Below are positions 27,212 to 41,099 of a stretch of DNA of 64,000 nucleotides, piece by piece. The stretch is taken from NCBI GenBank assembly GCA_964187785.1, contig OZ076409.1:70062001-70126000 (forward strand). The letters run 5' to 3'. The position numbers were made by a program, and so were the translations under genes. The stretch is from Amphiscolops sp. MND2022 (lineage: Eukaryota). The notes beneath the pieces were generated by a model, which did no database searches, was not told the DNA's origin, and saw only the letters and a program-made list of their open reading frames with translations. Position 1 is the stretch's first letter, and the number at the start of each line of letters is the position of its first letter.

Positions 27212-28010
27212 ACAAGCAGGGAACGGCCCAAGTCGGCGCCCCGCTCAAGGTTCAAAAACGTTCAGTATTTTAAATATGCAATCAATTTTACATGGCCAAA
27301 AAATACCCCAAGGGATACGCATAAGACTCACAAACCACTTTTTCTTTACTGGAGACATTTAGAAAAATTTGGATTTTTTTTCGAAACTTCGAAACAATTT
27401 TTGATGAAGGTTTCCGGTAAGTCGCAAAGTGCCAAAAACCATAAGAAGTCCTGTATGCTCGCAAAACGCTTCATTTCTAGTACAACATGACAACATGAGG
27501 GGGGGGGGTTGATAGAAGCAAATTGTAAAAAAGTCACATGGAAAAAACGCCGGTCTTAGAAACCAAAAATCGGATGTAGCATGCTGAAAATATCTAAATT
27601 TCAGACGAGAAAATATTAATTGTAAAAAATCTCACAATGTCGAAAATTGTAAAAGGGAGGACCCTTTGAGCTGTTTGAAAATCCATTTTGTTGTAAAATA
27701 TCGAAAAAATGAAGGGGGACTCTTCGGAGACATTGCAAAATTTTCGAAAACAGTCTCACAAAGCCGGAAAAAAAGAAAATGGGGGACCCTTCAATCTCGT
27801 CCGGTTTTGCAGACGCACGAAAAAGTTCCTGACTGGAGAAGGGACTCGAACCCGCGACCGCTGGGTTCCCCTTAAACCGATTGATAGAAGTTACAAGTTA
27901 GTAAGCAACAGCTTGAAAAGCATATAAAATCGGTCAGTTCGTTGGTTTTGAAAACAAAAAAAGAAAAGTCTGTACTATAGTCTGCTCCTTCAAAAAGAGC
28001 GCCGACTAAA
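27212..28010 (-). mobile_element. HINE/DINE-like family A copy containing a tRNA B-box-like segment
   Basis: ACAAGCAGGGAACGGCCCAAGTCGGCGC...GCGCCGACTAAAAA; GGACTCGAACCC at ~27842. Confidence 0.65.
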
Positions 28011-28212
28011 AATGGACTTTCTATCTTTTTTGAGTAATTGTTAATTGTAAAGCTTTTTTCGATATAAAATATCTTGTTCGAAGATAAAAAATTGACAAAT
28101 TGAATCCGAGAGTGAACAAAGTTGCGATACTAGAGAAAAAAGAACAAAACCCGTGGAATCTTATGAATAGCTGAAATCTTTTGAGGAAAAAATGACAAAA
28201 CAGTGTTCCGTT

Positions 28213-28434
28213 TGTTATATTCGGTTCAAACCGGTTCAGACTACCATTTAACCTCTACCGAGATTCGGTCTACAAACTATCTAGTCTAGATACTAGAGTT
28301 GTTTACTAACAAACTCAATCTACATTAAATTACATTTGATACATATGTACAATTTGATTTGATATAGAGCAGTGGAAACTAGAGATATAACTTTTATTCT
28401 TTTCCATCTTAATCTAGATCCAGAGAATACAACA
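28213..28434 (+). repeat. Gypsy 5' LTR
   Basis: Direct repeat of 33815-34036 with 4 substitutions counted by eye. Confidence 0.97.
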
Positions 28435-28446
28435 TGGCGCAGTCAG
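28435..28446 (+). promoter_or_regulatory. Primer-binding site, probably tRNA-Ser
   Basis: TGGCGCAGTCAG directly after the LTR CA; resembles the tRNA-Ser-type PBS TGGCGCAGTCGG. Confidence 0.7.
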
Positions 28447-28489
28447 TCAATTTTTAAATTGTAACAAATTTCTTAACATAGAAAACGGA

Positions 28490-31400
28490 ATGGCAGAGAA
28501 AAATACAGTCCCAAATCTCGAAGCAAAAGCCACAGACGGGATTCCGGTATTTACACCGAGACAGTGGCTAGAAAGATTCCGGCAGTTTTGCAAACGGGAA
28601 CACAAGATGGACATTACACCACTAGTGAAAGGAGAAAACATGACAGATTCCGGATGGTCCGCAAAAGAACAAGCAATCCAAGAAGATTTCTTGTGGGGAG
28701 TGAGACCGGAAGCACTATACCAGATAACCAGGGCCGAATATAAAACGGAACCCGACAGCATAAAAGTGAAAGATTTAATCCGGTTATTCGCCGAATTCTA
28801 CATGCCAAAAAAAATACATACCATAATCGTGGAGACTTCTTCTGGGCGAAACAAACAGAAGAGGAAACACCGGAAGACTTCTGGAGACGACCATTCGAAA
28901 TCGAAAAAGAATGTAACTTTAACACTATTTCAGCAAAAGAATTGTTGATATCAAAATATATGACAGCAATCACCGACAAAAAATTACGGGGCAAAATAAT
29001 GAAAGAAAAAACATTAGAACTGAAGAAGATAATCGAACTGATCAAGCAAAATACGTACGAGAAGAAAAACAAAAAGAACACAATACCGGAAGCCTTGATA
29101 TCAACAAAAGAGAAGCAAATAATAAAGGAAGAACCAATCCAGAGAATGGAAAAATTCGGCGCAAGACCGAAAAACAGAAATTTCGGAAACCGAACATGCA
29201 GATTCTGTAATGCACCTAATTGGACTCCATTACATAAATGTCCCGCACTAGACGCCAATTGTAACAAATGCGGCAAGAAAGGACATTACGCAAAAGTATG
29301 CAGACAGAAAATGAACAACAACCGAACGGTGAAAAGACTAACCGAAAACGAACCAAACGAATCGGACGAACCGTCAAGTGAATCCGAAGACAGCATACAC
29401 CACATAAAAGAAATAAAGAAAATAGACGAAACAAACAAACACTTCACCACAACACTGAAGATCAACGGAATACCGAAAAAATTTATAATTGATACCGGAT
29501 CACCAATATCATTAATGCCACCGGACGAAAGAATAACGAAATCAACCGAAATACAGAAAATAACAAGCCGGTATCAAGATGTAAACAAAAACGAAGTAAA
29601 ATTCCGGGGGAAAATTCCGGTAAACGTCGAACACGAAAACAACAAACAGAAAATGGAAATCCTGATAACCGAAAGAACAGATATAACACCATTACTGGGG
29701 ATGGATTGAATGAAGAAATTCAAACTAACAATTAGTAAATTTCAATTGGCTGAAAACAACCAATCAGAACGCGAGAAAGTATTCAATAAATTTCCGGACC
29801 TATTTGAGAACAACGAAACGATAAAAGACACCGAGATAAACATTCAATTAAAACCAGGACACTATCCGGTTAAACAAAAAGCAAGACCGATACCACTACA
29901 CCTTCAAAAAGATGTCGGACGGGAATTAGAAAAACTAATAAAATCCGGACACTTAGAAAAAATAAACGATGTAGATGAAGACTGTTTTGTATCACCGGTG
30001 GTAATAACAGTAAAAAGCCACAAGTCGGTGAAAATAGCGCTAGATTCAAGGAAATTGAACGACAGTTGCATTAAAATGAGACCCCATATGCCAAATATGG
30101 AAGAATTACTGAACCAAAAATCGGTGGAAATAACACGCGACAGAACAGTGAAACTTTTCATCTCCAAAATAGACTTGGATTACGCATACGGTCAAATGAG
30201 ACTATCAGAAGAAACAAGCCGACACTGCGTATTTGCACTAACCGGAGGAAAATTTAGCGGATATTACCGGTTCAAAAAAGGGTTTTACGGACTTGCCGAT
30301 ATACCCACAATATTCCAAGAAAAAATTGACCGAACACTTGAATACTGCACACCGGCATGGCTGGATGATATAATTGTGGTAACACGGGGAAGCAGACAAG
30401 ACCACGAGAAGAAACTATTCGACGTCCTAAATAAACTGGAAAAAGCCGGTTACCGAGCAAGTGAAAAGAAATCAGAATTCTTTATGAACCGGATAAAATG
30501 GTTGGGACACGAAATCGATGAGAACGGAATCAAACCGAACGAAGAAAAAGTAGAAGCAATACTGAAATTGAAACCACCGGAAAACACAAAAGAACTAAAA
30601 TCATTTCTCGGAGCAATACAATACATGGCGAAATTCCTACCGAAACTCTCGGAACAAACAGACCGGTTACGGAAACTATTGAAAAAGAACAAACCATGGA
30701 AATGGACAGAAGAACAACAGAAAGACTTCGAAAAAATAAAACAAATGTTAACTGAAGGCCCATGCTTGGCACACTACGCAAAAGATAAAGAGAACATAGT
30801 AACAACGGACGCTAGCACTACCGGACTGGGAATAACACTGTGGCAAAAGCGAGGCGACGGAAACACAAAACCGATAGCATTCGGAAGCAGATATTTGAAT
30901 GATACCGAAAAGAAATATTCTATCGGTGAACTAGAACTACTAGCAGTAGTGTGGGGACTTGAAAAATTCCGATTTTATTTGTACGGAAAAAAGGTACACC
31001 TTTATACCGACCACCAAGCACTAGAACCATTAATTAAAAGAAACCGGAGTAATAAACAATATAGTGCGCGACTAACAAGATGGTTAGACCGCTTAACTCA
31101 TTTTGATATATCGATACAACATATCGCAGGAAATAACTTGAAATTCACCGATTACCTTAGTAGAAATCCGGTAGGCAAGCAAAACTGAACATAAAATACG
31201 GACCAATATTCGCCGACCAATCAAAAAGCGAGAAAGCAATAACCGAGACAAAGAAGAACACATCCGAAGAACAAAATGAGAATCGCGCGAACCAATCACA
31301 GAAGAATAGAACATTCGAGAACAAAAACAACGTGAACAAACACCAACGAAATAAGAAAACCACATCCGGGCAGTCCGAAATTAGCACGCTAGAGAGAAGT

Positions 31401-33648
31401 CATTCAACGAAAGAAGCTAAAAATTTAAATCAAACTCAAAAAAGCAGAAAATTAAACACGGAAATTACCGAAATGGATCGTGAAAACTTTTACCACTGGG
31501 GCGCCACACGGGAAATTATGGAGATTATCCGCAGACGGAACAACAGCCCAGAGGCGTGCCGACTAGTCGAACAAAGAAATCAACTATCCCGGCCAGGAAC
31601 ATTACGACGCCGGTACGACCAATACACACAACGGACAGTATTCGCCCCATCAAGACCTAACAAAAGGAGTAGAGAGGAGATTGCTGAAATCGAAGCGGAG
31701 TTAATGAGAAGAGCGAACCGATTGGGAGGCGGGTACCAACCCATAACCGAAGAACAAGACGAACCGGAAGAATTACGGGAAGAAGGTGAACTGGAAATTG
31801 AAAACGCCGAGACCGAAGAAGACAGTATCATAATGCGGGGCGACAATCTACCTATAGTAGACCTCAGCAAATACAACACGGATGGAAAGGAAGCGAAATA
31901 CATCCAAATTAACCATATCGTGGGAAAACTAACCGGCAACAAGAAAATCACGGAAGAAAATATAAAGAAGGCGGAATTCGAGTTCATGATGGACTTGAAG
32001 ACACTCATCGCCAAAACAGCCATCGACCCGGAACTAACCCGTGTCAGAAACAGCATGAGGAGGGAAGACCGGGAAACAATTCCGGATGGCTACCGGACAG
32101 TATTCGACAAACTGTCAATAAGATGGGGACTGGTCTTCGTAGACGATCAAATCGTCGTGCCAATCGACCTTAGACGAAAACTCCTAGATATCATCCACTT
32201 CGGTCACTCCGGAATAACAAAAATGAACGCAGAAGCCAAAATATTCTGGTGGCCCGGAATGAAGCAGGACATCGAGAATAAAGTGAAAGACTGCACCGCC
32301 TGCCTCGCATCAGGTAAAAACCTTAACTATCAATTACCGAAAAAACATTACGGAAAATTAGAAAAACTAACCGAACCCGGCCAAGAAATACAAATCGATT
32401 TTACCGGAAAATTACACAATAAAAAGATAAACGGAGATATACAAATACTAATTGCGATAGACAGATTTAGTAAATGGCCAACCGTAAAAATCTGCAAGTC
32501 AGCGGAAACAAAAGAAGTCATAAACTTTTTATCGAGTAACTTTAATTTATACGGAATACCCGAAAAAATTAAATCCGATAAAGGAGGAGCATTTGTTTCC
32601 AAAGAATACCGAGAAATTTGCAAAAACCGAAATATCGAAATCGAATACTGTTCCCCCCGAATACATACGGGAAACGGAATATTAGAAAGAGCAATACAAA
32701 CACTGAAGAATCTGATTATAGCAAATATGGAAGACAACACAAGCCTAACCGAAAGTGTAAATCGAGCATTACATGTAATGCGATTTACAGTACATACCGG
32801 ACTAAAATTAACACCATTCGAACTACATCACGGTAGAAAACCGAGAACCGAATTAACAAATATCGTTAAAGACGGAAAATCATACCTGTCTGATTGGTCA
32901 GAACTATCTGTTTCAGCATCAAACAAACCGAAAATCCCAATCGATGTGGGCCGTGATGCGGATGGAGACATCACAAATCACATTGTGATGGCGAGAACGA
33001 AGACAGAGGAAAAACACCTCGCCGACGGACCAAAGTCACCGAAAAAGAAAAATTCGGTTAGATACCCCTTTCATTTTGTCGAAAAAAACTACAACAAAAA
33101 ATCATTAGAAGGAAAATTCCAAAATAAAATCCAAACCGCCATAAGCGGAACCGAAAGTACTATAAAAACCGGTACCGGAAAAAATAATAAACCGAAAATT
33201 TATTTCGGACCCATCATTTCAGACCGAGAGAAAAATCAGAAAAGAGCCGGCCTTGCACACAACCGGCGAAATAAACCCAAAAAACCGACACTGCATACGC
33301 GGACTGGACGGGAAGTACACCCGGTGGGATGAAATTCTCAAGGACATCCTGAACGGCAAACTGAAAATCGTCCCGAACAAAAAGCGGGCAGATAGCGATA
33401 CCGAAGAAGACGAAGACGAAGAAATGCCGGAAGAAATCGGAACACCAATAGTGTACGACACATCCGAGAAAGACGGGAGATATGTGCCAATACGGACGAA
33501 TCCGGAAGAAGAAGACACACTACAGTTACATACCGACAGCGAAATAACGGGTGAGAAACCAAAAACACAAATAAGACGAACCAACCGAGAAAGCAAAATA
33601 CCGAATAGATACGGTAGTATAACATATACCGGAAACTTTTGGGGATAG
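28490..33648 (+). pseudogene. Gypsy gag-pol polyprotein split by stops and frameshifts
   Basis: CNKCGKKGHYAKVC knuckle; protease IDTGS; RT WLDD; RNase H TDAS...YSIGELELLAV...TDH; integrase HFGH..CTAC, IDF, SDKG, ERAIQT; TGA at 29707; frameshifts near 28810-28940, 31185 and 33190. Confidence 0.93.
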
Positions 33649-33797
33649 AAAATAAATGTTTAATTTATATTACAGGTACCGTGTGGACCAGACACAAAGG
33701 AATACCGAAACCCGAGACAGTACAAAAGCCAGCGGATTTCCTCCCAGAAGAATCCACAACCCCAGGCCCCTCAAACCAAAATTGAAGAAGATGTGGA

Positions 33798-33814
33798 AAG
33801 AATAGGGGGAGAAA
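33798..33814 (+). promoter_or_regulatory. Polypurine tract
   Basis: AAGAATAGGGGGAGAAA immediately before the 3' LTR. Confidence 0.85.
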
Positions 33815-34036
33815 TGTTATATTCGGTTCAAACCGGTTCAGACTACCATTTAACCTCTACCGAGATTCGGTCCACAAACTATCTAGCCTAGATACTAGAG
33901 TTGTTTACTAACAAACTCAATCTACATTAAATTACATTTGATACATATGTACAATTTGATTTGATATAGAGCAGTCGAAACTAGAGATATAACTTTTATT
34001 CTTTTCCATCTTAATGTAGATCCAGAGAATACAACA
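33815..34036 (+). repeat. Gypsy 3' LTR
   Basis: Direct repeat of the 5' LTR followed by TSD CCGTT. Confidence 0.97.
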
Positions 34037-37000
34037 CCGTTTATTTCGAGATAATTATTACTTTGATTAATTAATTCGATGACGCTTGAAAAAATTAGTG
34101 CGGCTGATTAAATTATGAGCTGATGAAGAAACTGGACTTAGACCTAAATTTCAACATTGGCCTAGAAATTCTTCAATGTCAAATAAGTATTGTCGTCAAC
34201 CCACCTCATGAAAACCATCACACTGCCAAAATGTGTATTTTCCACCATCGGTAGATTCCGTCATGCACGAATTGCTTGCTGTCAAAAAATGAGATTAAAA
34301 ATAATATATGATTTTTAGCATTTGCTTAGTATATACTTAATATGCAAAAAAACCATTTTACTGTCTCCGTCTAATTAGGCTAAGACAAGTAAGAACAGGC
34401 TCCAAGCCGGACAGAATGCTATTTGTGAAGAATTCCAGTATAAGTCTCGCTTTCTTGTTGGATAGTGTAGAAATATTTATCTCGTTTGAAATAAACAATG
34501 AAAAAATTTTGTCAGATATACATGTCCATGTAACATACATGCAGATATATATTTTGCAGACATACATTTTGCAGACATAAAGTACTGTCCAATGAAATTG
34601 TGAGAGATAACTGTAGCCGGCAAAAAAGTTCAAAAATTATTGATGATCTTGGACAGTTACAAGAAGACATCGTTTTTTGAGTTCAACGGTATATTACATA
34701 TTCCCAACTAATGCAACTAAACAGGCAATGTACAATGAAAAATGTGCAATTAAGTTATGAGAACGTAATCAATAAAGCAACCAATTAATATGTTCCAGAC
34801 AGATAAAAGCATATTATGAACTTGGATCCCATATCTTTGAAATCATAACATGCTGGATTGAACCGTCAAAAACATAATTCTAGTCTTTGGTTGACAGTCT
34901 TCAAATTGTATTGGTAAACAGTGTGCATTTTATCGCCAAGCTGAAACTTCTCAGCGGTGTTCAAAACTAGCAAAATGAAGAGAAAATTGGCGTTTGATCA
35001 CAATACTGGAGTCGTTCTATCGATACTCATTACAAAGCAGGACACTACTACGTACTTAAAAGAAAAGAGTTTGTTCCTCCAATTCCGCGGGTGTTTTTAA
35101 GATGGCGCCTTTCCGGGTACTATCTCAACATAGCAAGTCATGGTACCATATTTGCAACCACGTGGTCAGCCAATGGTCGACTTGGAGCTGTGACTTCAAA
35201 GTGATTCGCTGAAGGTCACAAAGATTTGACTTCTCACTTTTGCTGTTTTTTAGTTCGCTTTTCTCCGCGAAAAGCCTTATTTTTTGTCAATACCATTCGA
35301 CTGAACTAGACATTAACGATTTGCTTAAGGCCCAACAATGGTGTGTTGACTCACTTGGTCTATCCAAATCCAAGTCACCGTGCCCCTTCGCCTACTGGAG
35401 CATACACAGTATTCTAGCAGTGTGTAGGTTCTGATGAAAAGTCGGGAGGTGTCGAGGTTGAGTGAGAATGGTCTGATCTGAGCATACATCTTCGCAACCA
35501 CCAAAATGACTGAATACTACTACTCAATCGTAATAAAGGCTTCTTCAGACTTTATGAGAAACAGATTGAGTGGTATTGAAAGACATACATTTTTATGATA
35601 ACGAAAATGAAACCAAAACTCCATCTGTTTGAAATTTGATAGCTTCCCAAACAACGGGAAAGTGAGAAAGGAGAATTCGATAGCTCCTCTATTCATAATT
35701 CTCGATGACGGTTGGGTGGAATTCGAATTCTTCTACTGACTATTCAGCATCCTGTCAAAGATCCTTTCAAGTGGTAAGGCAGAGCTTGCTTGCTTTTTTG
35801 ACGTTTGCGAAAACTGTAGGTTTGAAAAAATCAATTGTTTTCAAACTTTCCTCCCGCGTCACGCAAGAATAATATGAAATGGGCAAACAAATCATTAAAA
35901 ATGAAATGGCCGAATGGTCGCCAGAGGAAAAAAAGGTTGCATAATTAATGCCTTTCAGGCCATGTTTTGTTTCTCTCATATAAATTTTCTTTAGCCTCAG
36001 ACACAGTTAAAGAGAAATTTTAAACTCTGAATTGGGAAAGAAATATGTTGAAAGGTGCATTAAAAATTGAATTGAAGTTTCCACCCAAAAAAGCAAGAAT
36101 GTATAAAAATGATGGATTTAAATGGGAAATGCGAGTGCCATGACGAATTGATCAAATCCTTTGTACTTCTTTAACTGCAGAGCAAGTTTTCGTTATTGAA
36201 AGCAATTTTTTCTGACCAATTATTTTTGGGGAGCTTCGGTTTGTTTGCGAATCAGAACGTTTTCAGTCTTTCCAGCTAAAGATTTACCACCAATGATGGT
36301 AAAAAAACTGAGTTTAAAAAATGGAACGACGAGTCATAAAAGCGAAGTTTTCTCTACTGTTTTTTGAAGTTTCGTTGAACTCAATAAGAAACTGAGTTAA
36401 TTGTAGTCAAATTAGATTGTTCAGGTCAACGGATATCAAAAAACCATAACAGGCTAATCTATTTTGTTATTTTTTACCATTTGTTCAATGCAGTAAAAGT
36501 AGTCAAATGGCGTAATAATCTTTTTTGATAGAGAAACGCATCAATCCTTTTTAAAAAGACAATAAGACGTCGTTATCAATCCTTTTTATTACTTCCTGTG
36601 TTCAATTGACAATTTCTGGTTGGTATTAATGCAGCACAGGAAAGAAAATTATTCGCTGAATGGGATGCATCATGTCACAGTCATGTTTTTATGGAAGAAA
36701 ATCTTAATCAATAGACAATCGTCTGACAAGATTTTTTCATTACCTCATTCTTTACACCAAAACTGAACAGTCTTTTACGAATAAAAAGCTTACACGCTTA
36801 TCTAAGCACGGTAGAGGCTCATTAGTAACGTTTGAATCTGTGTATTGTTTTTTTTCATTTTCAGTTATGAATTTTCAGTAAGCTAACTAGTAGTACTTAT
36901 TTTGTAGACGTGCAAAGAGAACATATCCAACGGACGTTGCCCTCAACTTTACCTGTGGAAGACGTGTTCACCTGAAGACTGAAAAATCTCAGAAAAACCA

Positions 37001-37998
37001 GTCTATATTCCTCTATATTATCATCAATTTATAGCGCAACTTGCTAACGCCAAAAACTATTTATCAATACTAGTTTTCTTTATTCCGAAACGGATACATT
37101 GATTTCTCGAAATACACTTCAGCTTCATTAATTCGAAACATTCACGCCATTTTTCCACCGCAAATACACTAATAGTACTAATACGTCAAAATTGTACGAC
37201 CATTATCATAACATTTAGTCTTTACTTTCACACTTGGTGATTTTATTTCACACTTGAGTTTGCCGCCAATTCACATCAATTTCGCGCCGAAATGTTATCT
37301 CAGCACAGTATACCCGAAGTGGACGCACCAGAAGTGGAGCACTCCCATGAACAGGCCCCTGCTGGCGGGCTCTTATCACGGTCAGGCAGCAGCAGAAGAA
37401 GCAGAAGAAAGCACCACAGCAGGTAGAATAAGTACATTTCCCGCTTTCCTGCAACGTCCCGCTTTCATTTTAGTCACTTTAAACCGTCAATCATAAACTT
37501 CGGGGTCAAAATTTCTTCAATTACTTGTCACTTTATTCTAGCCGCAGTTGCAGTGTCTTTTAGTTCACGCTTCATCTGAGCCGGTATAAAAAGGCTATTC
37601 AAAATGTTTTTGGGAACCTCGCAGGAATGACTGCTGATTGGTTAACTCGAGAAAAAATCCAAATGAGGTATTCATCAGAGAAAAGGGGAGAGTTGTAGCT
37701 TTTGAATACGTTAAATTTTTTCCCAAAGTTCTTTGACAAACACGAATTTGTCCAGACATTTTTTTGCTCTGACAGCCTACAAACATTTCAAATTAGGGCA
37801 TTCCACTTTCTGTATTTTAGCAGCTTCCAAATAGCAAAGTTGATCATTTTGGACTTGCATGCTCCAATAGTTTTTTTTTGAGAAAATTAGCGTTAAAATA
37901 ACTTCTGGAAAGTTCAATAATATTGACCAATTTTTGCTGTCAAATCGTCAATTGCCGAATGTTTTTGAACCAAGAGTTCGCTTTGTTTTTGTTTTTTT

Positions 37999-38948
37999 TT
38001 ATTTTCCGCCCATATTTCATATGGGAAAGGAAAATATTTAAATCAAACGGGTTTTTTTTACAAAACTTGCCAAGAATTATTGTTTACGTAATATGAAGAA
38101 GTACATTCACAGAATTCAACTGACATAAATTTAGTTCCATGCGATATGTATTTGTAAAGATTTTTGGACTTTTTTGGGAATGACGGAAATGACCCCATAT
38201 TGACCCAAAAATGACCCCGAAAATGACAAAAATTCAAAACTTTCCCAATTTTCACCGTTTTCATGCATTTTTTGCCATTTTTTCGATAAACATCGTCGAT
38301 TAGAATGTTGAAAACGTTCAACAAGGCACGAATTCGTTGTCCAATAGTATTCTGAAGAGATAAATGCGGTTTTTTTAAAAGAAAAATTACAAAAAATGAC
38401 AAAAATTCCAAAATTTTTGGACTTTTAAGGTTTTAATGCAATTTTTGTCATTTTTTCGATAAACATCGTGGATTAGAATGTTGAAAACGTTCAACAAGGC
38501 ACGAACTCGTTGTCCAATAGTATTCTTTAAGGAGATAAATGCGTTTTTTCAAAAAGAAAAATTACCCCAAAAATGATAAAATTCCAAAATTTTTCGATTT
38601 TTAACGTTTTTATGCAATTTTTGTCAAATTTTCGATAGACTTCGTGGATTAGAATGTTGAAAACGCTCAACGTGACAGGAATGGCAGGAATTCGTTGTCC
38701 AGTATGCTTTTCCGAAGAGATAATGACTGTTTTCTAAATGAAAAATATATCAAATTGAAACCGAAAATGACAAAAAACCCAAAATTTTCCAATTTTCAAA
38801 GTTTTTTATGCAATTTTTGTCAAATTTTCGACAGACTTCGTAGATTGGAATGTTGAAAAGAATCAACAAGGAACAAATTTGTTGTTCAGTAGTCTTTTTT
38901 GAAGAGATTTGGGGCGGAAAATATCCCGCTGGTCCGCGGGCGTCTTGT
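37999..38948 (+). mobile_element. HINE/DINE-like family B copy with about 4 satellite units
   Basis: TTATTTTCCGCCCATAT..ATGGGAAAGGAAAAT start; ends GGGCGGAAAATATCCCGCTGGTCCGCGGGCGTCTTGT; units at ~38301, 38473, 38649, 38844. Confidence 0.7.
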
Positions 38949-39074
38949 AATATGAAAAATTGTACTATCTGCCGAGTTTTTTTTTCGATACGTTCAGCTT
39001 CCCATTCCATTGTCACATGAAACATGTACACGGAAGTGTACATTGGCAGGTATTTGAATTCTGGAGAACACATC

Positions 39075-39690
39075 GACTACAACGAAATGGCTCTGCATCA
39101 AAAACAGACTTAGTGAAAATTGAGAAAGCGCAACAACGAATCCTGAGGGCAACCGTTTCCTGCATAGAACACATTCACTGAGTGATATCATAACAAAAGA
39201 AAGTGTTCTCACTGTTTTTAAGCTGTTTCTTGTGGAACTTTTAAAACAACTGTTCAAGTAAACTACATTGGAATCACCGTAACATCTTTTGAATCTTGGA
39301 AACACAACTGAAAATATACACGCAACTAGGTTCAGTACAAAACAACTACTACCATCCACTTTAAGGCGTAAATCGCTGACCATAACTGGTTAATGGAACT
39401 GAAACTCATACCTATGAATTTGGAAAATTTGCCAGCAATAATTGTCAAAAACTACATCATGACACTGACAAAGCTATATATCGTTGCCAGCAAAGATCTA
39501 TGCAATTTGTTTTTTTTAAAAAAATCTAGAAATTAGGTAAGAAACATGTTTGGTTCTCAAGGACGCAAATTTAAAAAAAACAGGAAATCTCATTTTGCAT
39601 CCTAATTGGATATATACAGTCTATTATTTTTTTTGTGTACTTGTGATATATCCAATTGAATAAATTGAACTTGTTCTTGTTCTTGAAACG
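39075..39690 (+). mobile_element. 3' fragment of a LINE related to 22255-24022
   Basis: GSASKTDLVKIEKAQQRILRA parallels YGSAARTNLEKNEMAQGRIIRA; YNWL motif; tail ACTTGTTCTTGTTCTTG. Confidence 0.7.
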
Positions 39691-41099
39691 AAAACCAAAC
39701 AATCGAAAAAAAATGCAAAATACTAAAATGATAAATAGCAACGTTCTCAATTGAAAGTTTTTTTAGAAACTTACGTTTATGCTTTTTTTTGAAGAATCTT
39801 GAAGGCTGTAAAATTCAAACAGAATTATGTTCAATTTTTATAGCCTTGAAGACTCCTAAGTAAACGAATATTGCTCCATGAAGGCGATGCTTAAAATTCT
39901 GACAACTATTTCACATAATTCAAACGAGTTCAAAATTGCTTTTCTTTTCACTGCCAAACACAAGCCTCGAGATCTTCAATACTTTACTTTTATGTTTTTC
40001 CATCAATTTTGCCAGTACAGTTATTGTTCTAGTATTTTGTTGAAAAATAGACCTTTTGTAGAAAAATTTCAAATCTTTCGCGAAAAAGTATATAATTTTT
40101 GTTGGTTTATTATTTTCATATAAACCAAGTATGCACGTAGGGTTTTCAAGAAAGAAAAATATGGTTGTAGCAAATAGATTTGGGCTTTTTGTTAAAGTTC
40201 AAGACATCGAATACTTTCGACGTAATTTTGCTATTAATTCGTGTATTTGCGGTATGTTTTTGGCTTTGCATAGAAAGAGGAAATACAAAATCAAGACTCC
40301 AGAATAATCGAAAAACTTGAACTCTAACATTTTATGTTTAAGCTTCATCTTTGAGTTACTTGAACTCTTAAAGGCTATTGATGACGGCATAGAAAAAGCT
40401 GAGTGTATGAGCACAAAGACGTGGGATTCTGAGAGCGATTGTAGAAAGAAAAGAAGTGCTTAAAGTGCGAAAATGGTTTGAAAAGCAGACCATGGAATTC
40501 CCCCTCCCCCCATTGGAAAATAGTCACGAGAATAACGCTTCTGATCGAAAACAACGCCAGTCACTTTTAAACTGCAAGTCCGAGCCACCTTCACTGATCA
40601 GTTTAAAGTGAAATCTCATTTTGTTTGCATAGCTGTTCTATTTGAAGATTCTGTCGGTTTTTGCTTCAGAGCAGTCTCTACCTATACCAAAAGTTTTGTA
40701 GTAAAAAACATGTCTTCCTTAAGGTCGCTATTTTTCCAATGTTAGAAAATTTGAGATTTCGATGGGTTTTGTTCAATTGGGATAACGATTTTTGGGAAAA
40801 GTGGAAAACAGAGAGTAGAAAAAACCATTAGTTTCTCTTTCAATGATTGCGAGTCAACGCTAGAGAAAGTTCAGAGTGACACAATCGCATTAGAAGAGAG
40901 TTCATATCTTGCAATAATTATTGTTCAAATCGAAGAAGATCGATGTCAGAAAAGTGAAAAGTTTTGTTCACAAGGCGTTTAAAATATAAGAAATCGAAAT
41001 TGACGCTGCTTGAGTTCGCTCAATTAATTATACATCGCAACTCAGCACGAAAATTCAACAAGTCCGAGTTCTCCACGATTCTCACAATGGTTAACAAAC

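Larger units (their letters stand above)
28213..34036 (+). mobile_element. Full-length Ty3/Gypsy LTR retrotransposon, inactivated
   Basis: 222-bp LTRs TG...CA at 28213-28434 and 33815-34036; TSD CCGTT at 28208-28212 and 34037-34041; PBS; PPT; gag-PR-RT-RH-IN order. Confidence 0.97.

Noticed and set aside
28447..33625. Many minus-strand hydrophobic ORFs
   Set aside because: Antisense shadows of the A-rich Gypsy coding strand
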